From an uncultured Candidatus Saccharibacteria bacterium (GTDB lineage Bacteria; Patescibacteriota; Minisyncoccia; Phycocordibacterales; UBA918): 64,000 bases of DNA. This document shows positions 55,975-64,000 of this stretch, piece after piece (position 1 is the first letter of the stretch; the number at the start of each line of letters is the position of its first letter). Under the pieces are notes generated by a model, which was not told where the DNA came from, searched no databases, and worked only from the letters and a program-made list of their open reading frames with translations. Where the stretch lies: the NCBI GenBank assembly GCA_964350645.1, contig CAYGJY010000001.1, positions 208,621-272,620 on the forward strand. The letters run 5' to 3'. The translations under genes and the position numbers were made by a program.

Positions 55975-57489
55975 TTGTTTATGAGCAAAAAACTCGGAGT
56001 ATTTTTAGGTATTATCACTTTTGTCCTGGTAGCAGGAGTTAATTCAGTGTCGGCTCAAGTCGCCAACACGGCAGATGTGGTCAAACGCATGCAAGAAATT
56101 TCAGAGCAAATGCAGACTCTCCAGACTGAATTTGCTGCATTGACCAAACAACTACAGGGTACGCCGACTCCAACAGTTCTCGGTGCCCAGACATCGACTC
56201 CTAATACTGACCTCGCTCCGGTCTTTACTGAAGATTTGAGTCCTGGGGTGACCAATGATGACATAAAGAAGATTCAGCGCTTATTGGCAGCTGATCCAGA
56301 AATTTATCCTTACGGTGTAGCCTCTGGTTTCTTTGGTCCGAAGACGGTAGAAGCAATCAATAATCTCCAGGTTCGTTTTGGCTATGATCCTGTTGGGGTG
56401 ATCGGTCCAGCGACCAAAGCACTCCTTGAAGGCTGGATCCGAGCGTATCCGAATGAAAACTATCCAGAGGGGGTTTTGACCAGTCGACCAACAGCAATTA
56501 TTAGTGGCGGCGGCTCAGAATCAAGCCAGCTCTTGGCACGACTCCAGTCGCAATTAGCGTCACTAACTAATCAAGGTGGTTCAGTAGATGAGGATGAAGA
56601 AGAGGATACTTCAGTTCCACGAGGAGTTTTGGATGACAATCCTGCTAAATCTATTGAAGTGTCGTTCTCAGGCAATACAGCTACAGTAGAAATTGAGTAT
56701 AACGATTCGGATGAATATGATGATGAAAAATTCAGCGTTAAGGCTAATTCTATACAGTCTGTTGCGCAGGAGCTTGAATTTTTGACATTTCTATCACGAG
56801 CAGAAATTGATGATTTAATCGTCGAAGTACAGAGTGGTAGCTCACGTGGGGGTGATAAAGGTGATGCCGATGACGCTATTGACGCTGCGGACGAAGCAAT
56901 CGCTGACGCTGACGATGAAATTGATGACGCTCGAAGAGATGACGAAGATACTGAATACGCTCGTGATTTGCTCGACGAAGCTGAGGACCTACTTAGAGAT
57001 GCTGAAGATGAATATGACGATAAAAACTATGACCGAGCCATCGTAAAAGCTCAAGAAGCTGAAGAAATGGCAAAAGACGCTGAAGATGCAATCGGTAAAG
57101 AGGAGCGCACAGCCCGAGACATTGATGTTATTGAAGTTGAAATTACCGATGACAACGAAGCTGAAGTGAAGGTTGAGTATGATGATGGCGATGATGAGCG
57201 TTTTGACCTTGACGAAGATGATCGTGAAGAATTGATTCAAGAAATTGCTGATGAACTTGATATTGACGAAGATGATGTTGAAGACTTAATTGAGTTTGAC
57301 TACGGTGATATAGATTCAATCACAGCTGAAGTTAATCGAAATGACACCGATGTAACGATTGAGTTTGAGAGTGGAGTAGAAGCTTCATTTGAAATTGATG
57401 AAACTGACGAGGATGAGATTATTGATGAGATTGCAAAACTCTATGACTTGCGAGCGCGGGACATTGAGGATGTAATTGACTTCGACTAG
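55975..57489 (+). CDS. secreted protein with a peptidoglycan-binding-like domain and a highly acidic repeat region
   Basis: Signal peptide; DIKKIQRLLA…GFFGPKTVEAINNLQ segment; Asp/Glu-rich C-terminal 250 aa. Confidence 0.6.
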   Translation: MFMSKKLGVFLGIITFVLVAGVNSVSAQVANTADVVKRMQEISEQMQTLQTEFAALTKQLQGTPTPTVLGAQTSTPNTDLAPVFTEDLSPGVTNDDIKKIQRLLAADPEIYPYGVASGFFGPKTVEAINNLQVRFGYDPVGVIGPATKALLEGWIRAYPNENYPEGVLTSRPTAIISGGGSESSQLLARLQSQLASLTNQGGSVDEDEEEDTSVPRGVLDDNPAKSIEVSFSGNTATVEIEYNDSDEYDDEKFSVKANSIQSVAQELEFLTFLSRAEIDDLIVEVQSGSSRGGDKGDADDAIDAADEAIADADDEIDDARRDDEDTEYARDLLDEAEDLLRDAEDEYDDKNYDRAIVKAQEAEEMAKDAEDAIGKEERTARDIDVIEVEITDDNEAEVKVEYDDGDDERFDLDEDDREELIQEIADELDIDEDDVEDLIEFDYGDIDSITAEVNRNDTDVTIEFESGVEASFEIDETDEDEIIDEIAKLYDLRARDIEDVIDFD

Positions 57490-57504
57490 ACGTGAGGGTT
57501 GGCA

Positions 57505-57532
57505 AAAGCCGGCGCCGAAGGCGCCGGCTTTT
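57505..57532 (+). terminator. rho-independent terminator
   Basis: aaaagccggcgcc-gaag-gcgccggctttt; near-identical to the terminator at 43559. Confidence 0.8.
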
Positions 57533-57546
57533 GTTATAATTAACCT

Positions 57547-57993
57547 ATGGCCTGGCGTTGGTATCGAGTACGAAGAAAACGAGCGAGTAGTGTGACTAAA
57601 CACTACCAAACTCATAAAGAGCTTGCACGAGAAGTGATTATCAAGAGACTTGAATATTGGAATCAATTTTACCAACTTACCTACAACCGGGTGGCGATCC
57701 GAAATCAGCGGCGCTGCTGGGGAAGCTGTACTAGCAAAGGAAACCTTAATTTCAGTTATAAGCTGATTTTCTTACCGCCAGCTCTCCTTGACTACATTGT
57801 AGTCCACGAACTCTGTCACTTGGCGGAGCTTAATCATGGAAAATCTTTTTGGGCGCTAGTTGAACGGACGTTGCCTGATTATCGAGATCGGGTGCAAGCC
57901 CTCAAGCACATTGAAACTGGCGGTACTTCAATTGTGCATCTCACCAAACATCAGCAGGCAGCACTGAAAGAAGTGAGTTTCTCTGGCGTATAA
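57547..57993 (+). CDS. YgjP/DUF45-like metal-dependent hydrolase
   Basis: HELCHLxExNH zinc motif. Confidence 0.6.
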   Translation: MAWRWYRVRRKRASSVTKHYQTHKELAREVIIKRLEYWNQFYQLTYNRVAIRNQRRCWGSCTSKGNLNFSYKLIFLPPALLDYIVVHELCHLAELNHGKSFWALVERTLPDYRDRVQALKHIETGGTSIVHLTKHQQAALKEVSFSGV

Positions 57994-58015
57994 GAAAGTA
58001 AGTTAAGTAATACAT

Positions 58016-59317
58016 ATGCAATTTTTTCAAAACCTACTAATGAGTATCGCAGCCTTTTTTGGTTTACAGGCAGAGGTACCAGCCCAAGAGCAGGTATCAG
58101 AATCAACTCCAAGCGAATTTGTTCAAATGGAGAACAATCAAGCTGAAATAACTGAACAAAGAGCTGATGGAGAAGAAATCAGTGCAGCCGATACGATGAT
58201 TGAGACGGATGAGCCTGACGACGCTGTGGTTGACACTGCGGTAGAAGAAGATGCAATGGTTGCTGTTGCGCCGGCGGTAGCCACTAATGTCCAAACTGAC
58301 ACTGTACTGGTGGCTGGCGGTTGTTTTTGGTGCGTTGAGGCTGACCTAGAAAAGCTTCCAGGTGTGATCGAAGTGGTATCTGGTTATGCTGGTGGTAGTA
58401 GCGCAAACCCAACCTACAAAGATTATAGTAAGAACGGTCATCGGGAAGTGGCTGAGGTTACTTTCAATCCAGCAGTAGTGTCGCTTGAAGAGATTATGAT
58501 TTATACCTTAAAGCATACTGATCCAACAGATGACGATGGAAGTTTCAACGATCGAGGAGACTATTATTCCTCAGCGCTTTATTATGAAACTGAAGCTGAG
58601 AAACAGCTGATTGAGAATCTGATTGCTGAAATTGATCAAAATGGACCGTATGATAAGCCGCTAGCTGTAGACGTTGAGCCGCGCCCGACGTTCTGGCCAG
58701 CAGAAGACTATCACCAAGATTATTACAAAGGTACGTTGTCACAACTCAAATACAAGTATTATCGCAACGCTTCTGGTCGCAGTGACTTTATTGAAAAGTA
58801 TTGGAGTGGTAACACTGACCCGTCATTGTTGTGGCGCGAGACGGTGAGTACTAGTGATGCTTCTTCGAGTTGGAACAATTTTATAAAGCCGACTGATGAC
58901 CAGCTCAAAGCTCGTTTGACTGACATCCAGTATAAAGTTACCCAAAAGAATGGTACCGAACGATCTTTTAGTAACGAATATTGGGATAATAAAGAAGCGG
59001 GTATTTACGTGGATATTGTGTCTGGTGAACCACTGTTTTCTTCAACAAACAAATTTGATTCTGGTACCGGATGGCCGAGTTTTACTCGTCCGATTGATTA
59101 TAGTTACGTGACTGAGCATGATGATTATGTTTTGCTACAAAAGCGAACTGAAATTCGCTCCAAGATTGCTGATTCGCATCTCGGGCATGTATTTAATGAT
59201 GCACCAAAGGAGCTGGGGGGTATTCGGTACTGTATGAATTCCGCCGCCCTTCGATTTGTCCCAGTGGCAAACATGGACGCGGAAGGGTATGGAGACTTTT
59301 TGTATCTGTTTAACTAA
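58016..59317 (+). CDS. msrAB: bifunctional peptide-methionine sulfoxide reductase MsrA-MsrB with a signal/acidic N-terminal extension
   Basis: GGCFWC (MsrA), then RYCMNSAAL and [10 protein letters not shown] (MsrB); N-terminal hydrophobic leader plus acidic linker. Confidence 0.85.
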   Translation: MQFFQNLLMSIAAFFGLQAEVPAQEQVSESTPSEFVQMENNQAEITEQRADGEEISAADTMIETDEPDDAVVDTAVEEDAMVAVAPAVATNVQTDTVLVAGGCFWCVEADLEKLPGVIEVVSGYAGGSSANPTYKDYSKNGHREVAEVTFNPAVVSLEEIMIYTLKHTDPTDDDGSFNDRGDYYSSALYYETEAEKQLIENLIAEIDQNGPYDKPLAVDVEPRPTFWPAEDYHQDYYKGTLSQLKYKYYRNASGRSDFIEKYWSGNTDPSLLWRETVSTSDASSSWNNFIKPTDDQLKARLTDIQYKVTQKNGTERSFSNEYWDNKEAGIYVDIVSGEPLFSSTNKFDSGTGWPSFTRPIDYSYVTEHDDYVLLQKRTEIRSKIADSHLGHVFNDAPKELGGIRYCMNSAALRFVPVANMDAEGYGDFLYLFN

Positions 59318-59330
59318 GAGTTGTTTTTTG

Positions 59331-59371
59331 CAAACCAAAGCGGCGGGAGCTTCGCTCCCGCCGCTTTGGTT
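59331..59371 (+). terminator. terminator hairpin after msrAB
   Basis: caaaccaaagcggcgggagc-ttcg-ctcccgccgctttggtt. Confidence 0.7.
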
Positions 59372-59422
59372 ATCCTAGTCTGTCGCCACTGTTTTTGCTT
59401 TTGGTACGTTACAATTGTGGCA

Positions 59423-60421
59423 ATGATTGAATCTACCCTGGGGCAGCTTTTTTCTAGTGGTGTACCACTGTGGGCACTTATTAGCATTTGGTCTGTCTTT
59501 CTAGCCGCCGCTATTTTTCTACTCGTCCGAGGAGCTGATACGTTTGTAGTCGGAGCAACACAGATTGGCGCTAGTTTAGGTATGACACCTTTTGCGATCG
59601 GTGTACTGATTGTCGGATTTGGGACTTCATTCCCTGAATTAGCTTCTTCGATTGCTGCTGTCATTCAAAACTCTCCAGAAATAGTCGTCGCAAATGCCGT
59701 CGGCTCGAACATTACCAACATTCTTTTGGTCGTTGGTTTTATCGTAGTGATGGGAGGCAAGATTGTCATCAAACGTGACTTAATTAAGTCTGAACTACCG
59801 ATCTTCTTCATTGCTACAGCTCACTTTGTGGCGATGATTTATGATGGCGTAGTTGATCGCGTAGAGTCTATGTTACTTGTCGGAACCTTTGCTGCGTACA
59901 TTTGGTACTTGTTTGCTGATGCTCAGGACGAAGATAATGTTGATCTTCAAAAGGATAAGGGTCGCCGACCGCAGCTCCAAGCTCGGTCGTTAGCGTTTTT
60001 TGCCCTTGGTTTAATGGCAGTGCTCACTGGAGCTCATTTTGCTATTCAAATGGTGATTAATATTGGTAGTGCCTTGAGCATTCCAGTCGAAGTTATATCC
60101 ATTGCCGCAATTGCCCTCGGGACTTCATTGCCAGAGCTATTCGTTGCTATCAAGTCAGTCCAGCGTGGTGAGGGTGAGTTAGCGATTGGTAGTATTTTTG
60201 GCTCAAATGCATTTAATATTTTGATGGTGGTTGGTCTACCCGGATTGTTTGTTGCCCTCGAGGCTGGTCCAGTTGTCACTGGTCTTGGTTTGCCAGTACT
60301 ATTAGCTGCTTCAGCGATTTTCTTTGTGAATGGTTTGGCTCGTCAGATAAACCGTTGGGAAGGAGCTATGATGCTACTTTTCTTCGCTTTCTTTGCCATT
60401 AAACTCGTCGCATTTATTTAA
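59423..60421 (+). CDS. CaCA-family cation/Ca2+ antiporter
   Basis: Two alpha-repeats, GTSFPEL and GTSLPEL. Confidence 0.7.
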   Translation: MIESTLGQLFSSGVPLWALISIWSVFLAAAIFLLVRGADTFVVGATQIGASLGMTPFAIGVLIVGFGTSFPELASSIAAVIQNSPEIVVANAVGSNITNILLVVGFIVVMGGKIVIKRDLIKSELPIFFIATAHFVAMIYDGVVDRVESMLLVGTFAAYIWYLFADAQDEDNVDLQKDKGRRPQLQARSLAFFALGLMAVLTGAHFAIQMVINIGSALSIPVEVISIAAIALGTSLPELFVAIKSVQRGEGELAIGSIFGSNAFNILMVVGLPGLFVALEAGPVVTGLGLPVLLAASAIFFVNGLARQINRWEGAMMLLFFAFFAIKLVAFI

Positions 60422-60440
60422 TTTGCTATAGTGTGGGCCT

Positions 60441-61142
60441 ATGGATTGGCCAGAAATACTTCTTATAGATAAGCCGACTGGCATGACGTCATTTGATGTA
60501 ATCCGCCGACTACGTCGTGTTTATAGCGATGCAACAGGTGAGAAGGCACCGAAACTTGGCCATGCTGGGACGCTTGATCCGTCAGCCTCTGGCTTAATGG
60601 TCCTGGGTGTTGGCAAGGGTACCAAGCAATTAACTGAGCTTACTAAGCTCGATAAAGTGTATGAGGCGGAGGTACTGATTGGCCGCTCAACGACGACTGG
60701 TGATGTAGAAGGAGAGGCGATAGCTGAAAAACCTGTGGAGGACCTGACTAAAGAAGTGGTCGCTAAGGCTGTGTCTGAAATGACAGGCAGCCTGCGGCTG
60801 CCTGTCAGTGCCTACAGCGCTATCAAAAAAGACGGCGTCCCAATGTACAAGCGAGCGTATGCAGCGGCAAAAAAAGGTGAAGTGGTCGAAGATGTACCAG
60901 TTCGTGACATGACAGTCTATAGCGCTCGCCTAGAGGCCTTTGTAGTAGATCGTGGCGATGGCTTCGCCATCGCCACCATAACCTTCCACGTCGCCTCTGG
61001 TACCTACATTCGCAGTCTTGCCGAAGAGTTGGGTAAACGTATCGACTATCCAGCGTCACTGTGTAATCTGCGTCGTACCAAAGTAGGGGAGTTTGATATT
61101 GAAAATGCCAAGATCTTGGATGATCTAGAAACTAAGCAATGA
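60441..61142 (+). CDS. truB: tRNA pseudouridine(55) synthase
   Basis: GHAGTLDPSASG catalytic-Asp motif. Confidence 0.9.
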   Translation: MDWPEILLIDKPTGMTSFDVIRRLRRVYSDATGEKAPKLGHAGTLDPSASGLMVLGVGKGTKQLTELTKLDKVYEAEVLIGRSTTTGDVEGEAIAEKPVEDLTKEVVAKAVSEMTGSLRLPVSAYSAIKKDGVPMYKRAYAAAKKGEVVEDVPVRDMTVYSARLEAFVVDRGDGFAIATITFHVASGTYIRSLAEELGKRIDYPASLCNLRRTKVGEFDIENAKILDDLETKQ

Positions 61143-61145
61143 AAA

Positions 61146-61175
61146 ACGCCGCTTGCAACTGCAAAGCGGTCGTGG
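61146..61175 (-). terminator. rho-independent terminator of the minus-strand two-gene unit
   Basis: Hairpin ccgcttgca…tgcaaagcgg, with a U-run on the minus strand. Confidence 0.55.
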
Positions 61176-61247
61176 GGTGAGGGGTGGTTCCGCCAGGAGT
61201 AAGTCTTCTCTGCTTACTGATCGCCCCGGCGGTTCCTTGCGTCTGCC

Positions 61248-61484
61248 TCAGATGCGAGGGAGTTCAAGCGGGCGTTGTATAAAAAGCCCAAATCGCTCCA
61301 TCGTAACATCAAATGCACTTCTGTCCCCTTCATCATCAGAGGGGTATATTGCGATGCCCCCATCTTTTAGTCGGGTTATCATTATTGCACCAGGTGCAAT
61401 TTCATGGAGGGCTGCAAGTTCGCTGCAGCACAGGGCACCAGCCTTTTCAGGTGGGGCATACCATGCTCGTACGGTTTCCTTCAT
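61248..61484 (-). CDS. hypothetical small protein (GC-elevated patch)
   Basis: 78 aa from the ATG with GAGGAG 9 nt upstream. Confidence 0.3.
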   Translation of the reverse strand: MKETVRAWYAPPEKAGALCCSELAALHEIAPGAIMITRLKDGGIAIYPSDDEGDRSAFDVTMERFGLFIQRPLELPRI

Positions 61485-61681
61485 TTGTGGCTCCTCTGCC
61501 TCAAGTTTGACCGTCTCTGTGAACGGCTTGTATAAAACTATAATATAAAAATTAGAAAAAGCAAGGGTAAGTGTGGAAATTGTATTGAAAAACGCCCGTG
61601 AATCTGGCGATTCCTTCGGACGTATGTGTTGCACCTCGTGGGTGCGGCGGCGGGGCGGCGTCAGCCGCCCCGGGCAGACGG

Positions 61682-61894
61682 CTACGCGCCCTCGCCACTG
61701 GTTGGCAGTCCGTGCTTTTTCAGAAAAGCAGAAACATCACCACCTCCCCAGAGTATTTCGGTTGGCCTCCAGCCGTGGCGGACAGCTGTGAGGTGGTCTA
61801 TTGTTTCGGGCTGTTCCATGTAGGCTGCGTGGGCAGCAAGCTGTCTTGCCAAAACGGCATCGGGGTCTCCTGTCGGTATTTCTTTTGTGGGCAC
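61682..61894 (-). CDS. hypothetical small protein (GC-elevated patch)
   Basis: 71 aa from the GTG with GAGGAG 6 nt upstream; the ORF-track TTG start at 62023 is rejected. Confidence 0.3.
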   Translation of the reverse strand: MPTKEIPTGDPDAVLARQLAAHAAYMEQPETIDHLTAVRHGWRPTEILWGGGDVSAFLKKHGLPTSGEGA

Positions 61895-62189
61895 TTTTTT
61901 CTCCTCATCTCTCTCTCTCTGCTCGAGAGGTTGCGTATCGCCAGTTATCCGGCGACAAAAAAATAATACAACAATATCAAAAAAACACAAATAATTACTC
62001 GATGGATTATGAATTAAACCCAAGCTCTACATTCTTTAATGACGAGTGTTGTAAACACACCAGGGTCACTACTTTTATTGGTAATCTAAATGTCCGTGAA
62101 CATGGGATTAAAACTTTCAGTAATGATTACGCTAGTTTAGAAGAAAGCGTTGCTGTATTATTAAAAATAATTAAATCAGGATAGATACT

Positions 62190-62714
62190 ATGCGCATAAC
62201 AATAGGAACTGAAAATACATTAAAAGTTAGTGCAGTAAAAGAAGTGATGGATGAATTGTTAACTGAAGAATATGAGTTGTTGCCTATTTCAACTGACTCA
62301 GGTGTGACAGAAAATCCGCTTACCCATACTGAAGCAATATCTGGTGCCAGAAACAGAGCGCGAGGCAGTCTCTCGGGTACAAACGCAGCGTTTGGTGTGG
62401 GCATAGAAGGTAATCTTTTTCAAGAATCATCTCAGTGGTTTTTGACAACATGGGTTGTCATAATTAACTCTAGCAACAATAAAGAATATATCGCACAAGG
62501 GATCTCAGTTCAGATTACTGAACAGCTTGTTATTGATCAAATTGATAGTAATCAACCAGTTGGTCATGTGTTTAAGTCGCTACCGGCAAATCATGATTAT
62601 GAAAAATATGGCAATCCAATGAATTACTTGACTGGTGGCGTCTTTGACAGATCTGATGCCTTGAAAATTGCTGTAAGAGCTTGTTTTTCACAAGTGCTCA
62701 GAGATGTAAACTAA
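62190..62714 (+). CDS. YjjX-like inosine/xanthosine triphosphatase (non-canonical purine NTPase)
   Basis: Colinear with the YjjX family (…GARNRA…, W-V-I…, HVF…). Confidence 0.55.
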   Translation: MRITIGTENTLKVSAVKEVMDELLTEEYELLPISTDSGVTENPLTHTEAISGARNRARGSLSGTNAAFGVGIEGNLFQESSQWFLTTWVVIINSSNNKEYIAQGISVQITEQLVIDQIDSNQPVGHVFKSLPANHDYEKYGNPMNYLTGGVFDRSDALKIAVRACFSQVLRDVN

Positions 62715-62756
62715 TAGTTTCTACATAAAAGCAAAATTGCCTTGTATGTTTGTCAG

Positions 62757-63191
62757 TTAGAAATTGGCACTTTTGTTTTTAGAGCTTCTTGAATTCAGTT
62801 CCTCCTTTGCCAAGTTGAGTCGTTCTTCCAGTTCTGGAGCGTAACTCGGGTCAGTTAGTCGTGCTGCGGCGAGACCGATCTCTAGACTTTGTATCGTTTT
62901 TTTAAGTTTTTCATCATCACATCGTGAAAATTCATTTTGATTTTCTGAGACTCCCTCAGTATCAGCTCTTTCTGCAGTCGCTTGCTCGTCTTTTAAATAT
63001 TCATCTACAACAAAACTAAGCGTATCTCCGCTGAGATCAGGGTAAATTTTACCAATGGCAGCTTTCGCTTCATCTCTGGTAGGCAGGCGTTCGAGACTGC
63101 CAATTTTGCTTCGAACCGCCATAAAGAATGCCCGCCAGTCTTTGATGGGTACTTCTGTTTTTATAATAAAGCTACCTGTCCTTTCAAACAT
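62757..63191 (-). CDS. hypothetical protein
   Basis: 144-aa ORF. Confidence 0.4.
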   Translation of the reverse strand: MFERTGSFIIKTEVPIKDWRAFFMAVRSKIGSLERLPTRDEAKAAIGKIYPDLSGDTLSFVVDEYLKDEQATAERADTEGVSENQNEFSRCDDEKLKKTIQSLEIGLAAARLTDPSYAPELEERLNLAKEELNSRSSKNKSANF

Positions 63192-63202
63192 ATTGTCTTG
63201 AG

Positions 63203-63655
63203 TTAAAACAATCCCTCAACCACACTCTTTACATCGCCGCCGTCTGCCTTGCCGGCGAGTTCTTTCATGACTGCGCCAACCAACATACCCATTTTGGCTT
63301 TGTCGTCTATCCCGAGTTCGGCTTTCTTAGCTTCGGCGACTGGTTTGATCTCTTCAACTGACATCATTTGGGGTAGATAGGTTTCAAGGACGACGAGCTC
63401 TTCTTTTTCCGGTACTGCGAGTTCAGGACGATTAGCAGCTTCGTACTGGGTGATTGATTCTTTGCGTTGTTTAGCTTGTCGTTTGATGACTGTAATTACC
63501 TCGTCGTCTGTTAACTTATCTTGCGGAGTTCGATTCGTTGCAACAAGTTCATTGGTAAAGGCAGTAAGCAAGCTTCGTACTGTACGCAGCTTGATCGAAT
63601 CTTTTGCTTTCATCGCTTCTTTAAGTTGATTGTGGATATCTTCGTGTAGGGCCAT
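63203..63655 (-). CDS. GatB/YqeY domain protein
   Basis: Full YqeY colinearity, 150 aa. Confidence 0.8.
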   Translation of the reverse strand: MALHEDIHNQLKEAMKAKDSIKLRTVRSLLTAFTNELVATNRTPQDKLTDDEVITVIKRQAKQRKESITQYEAANRPELAVPEKEELVVLETYLPQMMSVEEIKPVAEAKKAELGIDDKAKMGMLVGAVMKELAGKADGGDVKSVVEGLF

Positions 63656-63688
63656 ACATTATTTAGTTATGTTGCTATACTATCATCA

Positions 63689-64000
63689 ATGAGCTCTTCA
63701 AAAAAGTCGCCTCCTCGGCGGCTCGTTCTACCCGAAGCACAACTCCAAACAAAATCCTATGCGTGGCATGCTCATGATGCTGGCGAGGTATTGGCTGTGC
63801 TCAGGATTACTGAAGATGGGCTTGATGGCCTCCAGGTAAACAAAAAACGCAAAGAACACGGACGTAATAGTTTTTCACAGCAGCCACGTGCAACTGTTTT
63901 TGATCGAGTCTGGGCGCAACTCAAAAGCCCACTGGTTTTTGTACTTCTCATAGCTTTTGTAATCACAGCAGCGCTTAGCGAATATGTAGATGCTGGAGTA
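63689..64000 (+). CDS. P-type cation-transporting ATPase, N-terminal fragment (runs off the window)
   Basis: Own translation: …GLQVNKKRKEHGRNSF…VFVLLIAFVITAALSEYVDAGV, the typical cation-ATPase N-terminal domain plus TM1. Confidence 0.6.
   Translation, partial: MSSSKKSPPRRLVLPEAQLQTKSYAWHAHDAGEVLAVLRITEDGLDGLQVNKKRKEHGRNSFSQQPRATVFDRVWAQLKSPLVFVLLIAFVITAALSEYVDAGV

Noticed and set aside
61153-61966. Plus-strand ORFs 61153..61548, 61598..61966 and 61801..62184 after truB.
   Set aside because: Ser/Arg/Gly/Cys-rich translations with no RBS, in a GC-elevated patch. The minus-strand small ORFs have proper RBS and start arrangements, so those were called instead.
1-64000. CRISPR arrays, rRNA genes, IS elements and transposases.
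   Set aside because: There are no regularly spaced direct repeats, no 16S/23S/5S signature segments, and no transposase/integrase-like ORF or terminal inverted repeats beyond the mraZ-upstream IR.

Overview
This 64-kb chromosomal window comes from a compact, low-GC bacterium (background about 42-48% GC by eye). Gene order is Gram-positive-like: priA-def-fmt; frr and rseP, then proS; mraZ-rsmH-ftsL-ftsI-murF; mreB-mreC-mreD-PBP2; greA-lysS-uppS. Many lineage-specific hypothetical, membrane and acidic secreted proteins sit between these blocks. A reduced-genome epibiont lineage such as CPR/Saccharibacteria is plausible but unverified. I count about 60 supported CDS, one tRNA-Glu(CUC), several rho-independent terminators, no rRNA and no CRISPR. 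Seven stand-outs: (1) a roughly 3-kb high-GC (about 60%) three-gene island inserted into the conserved rseP-proS junction, carrying its own AT-rich promoter and terminator; (2) a co-directional block after a detached mreB paralog that encodes a 925-aa VirD4/HerA-like P-loop ATPase plus 762-aa and 521-aa unknown proteins; (3) an XRE-type HTH fused in frame to MurA, with a 16-bp palindrome at its 5' end, divergent from mreB; (4) a PriA homologue with no Walker A or DEAH motif, and a HolB with no P-loop; (5) two further GC-elevated patches, a 423-aa gene at 36.3-37.6 kb and two small genes at 61.2-61.9 kb; (6) an AT-rich 326-aa gene abutting tRNA-Glu; (7) a 62-nt inverted repeat directly upstream of mraZ, a promoter-miniORF-terminator unit at 35.56-35.73 kb, and a structured 350-nt region between convergent genes at 49.4-49.7 kb.
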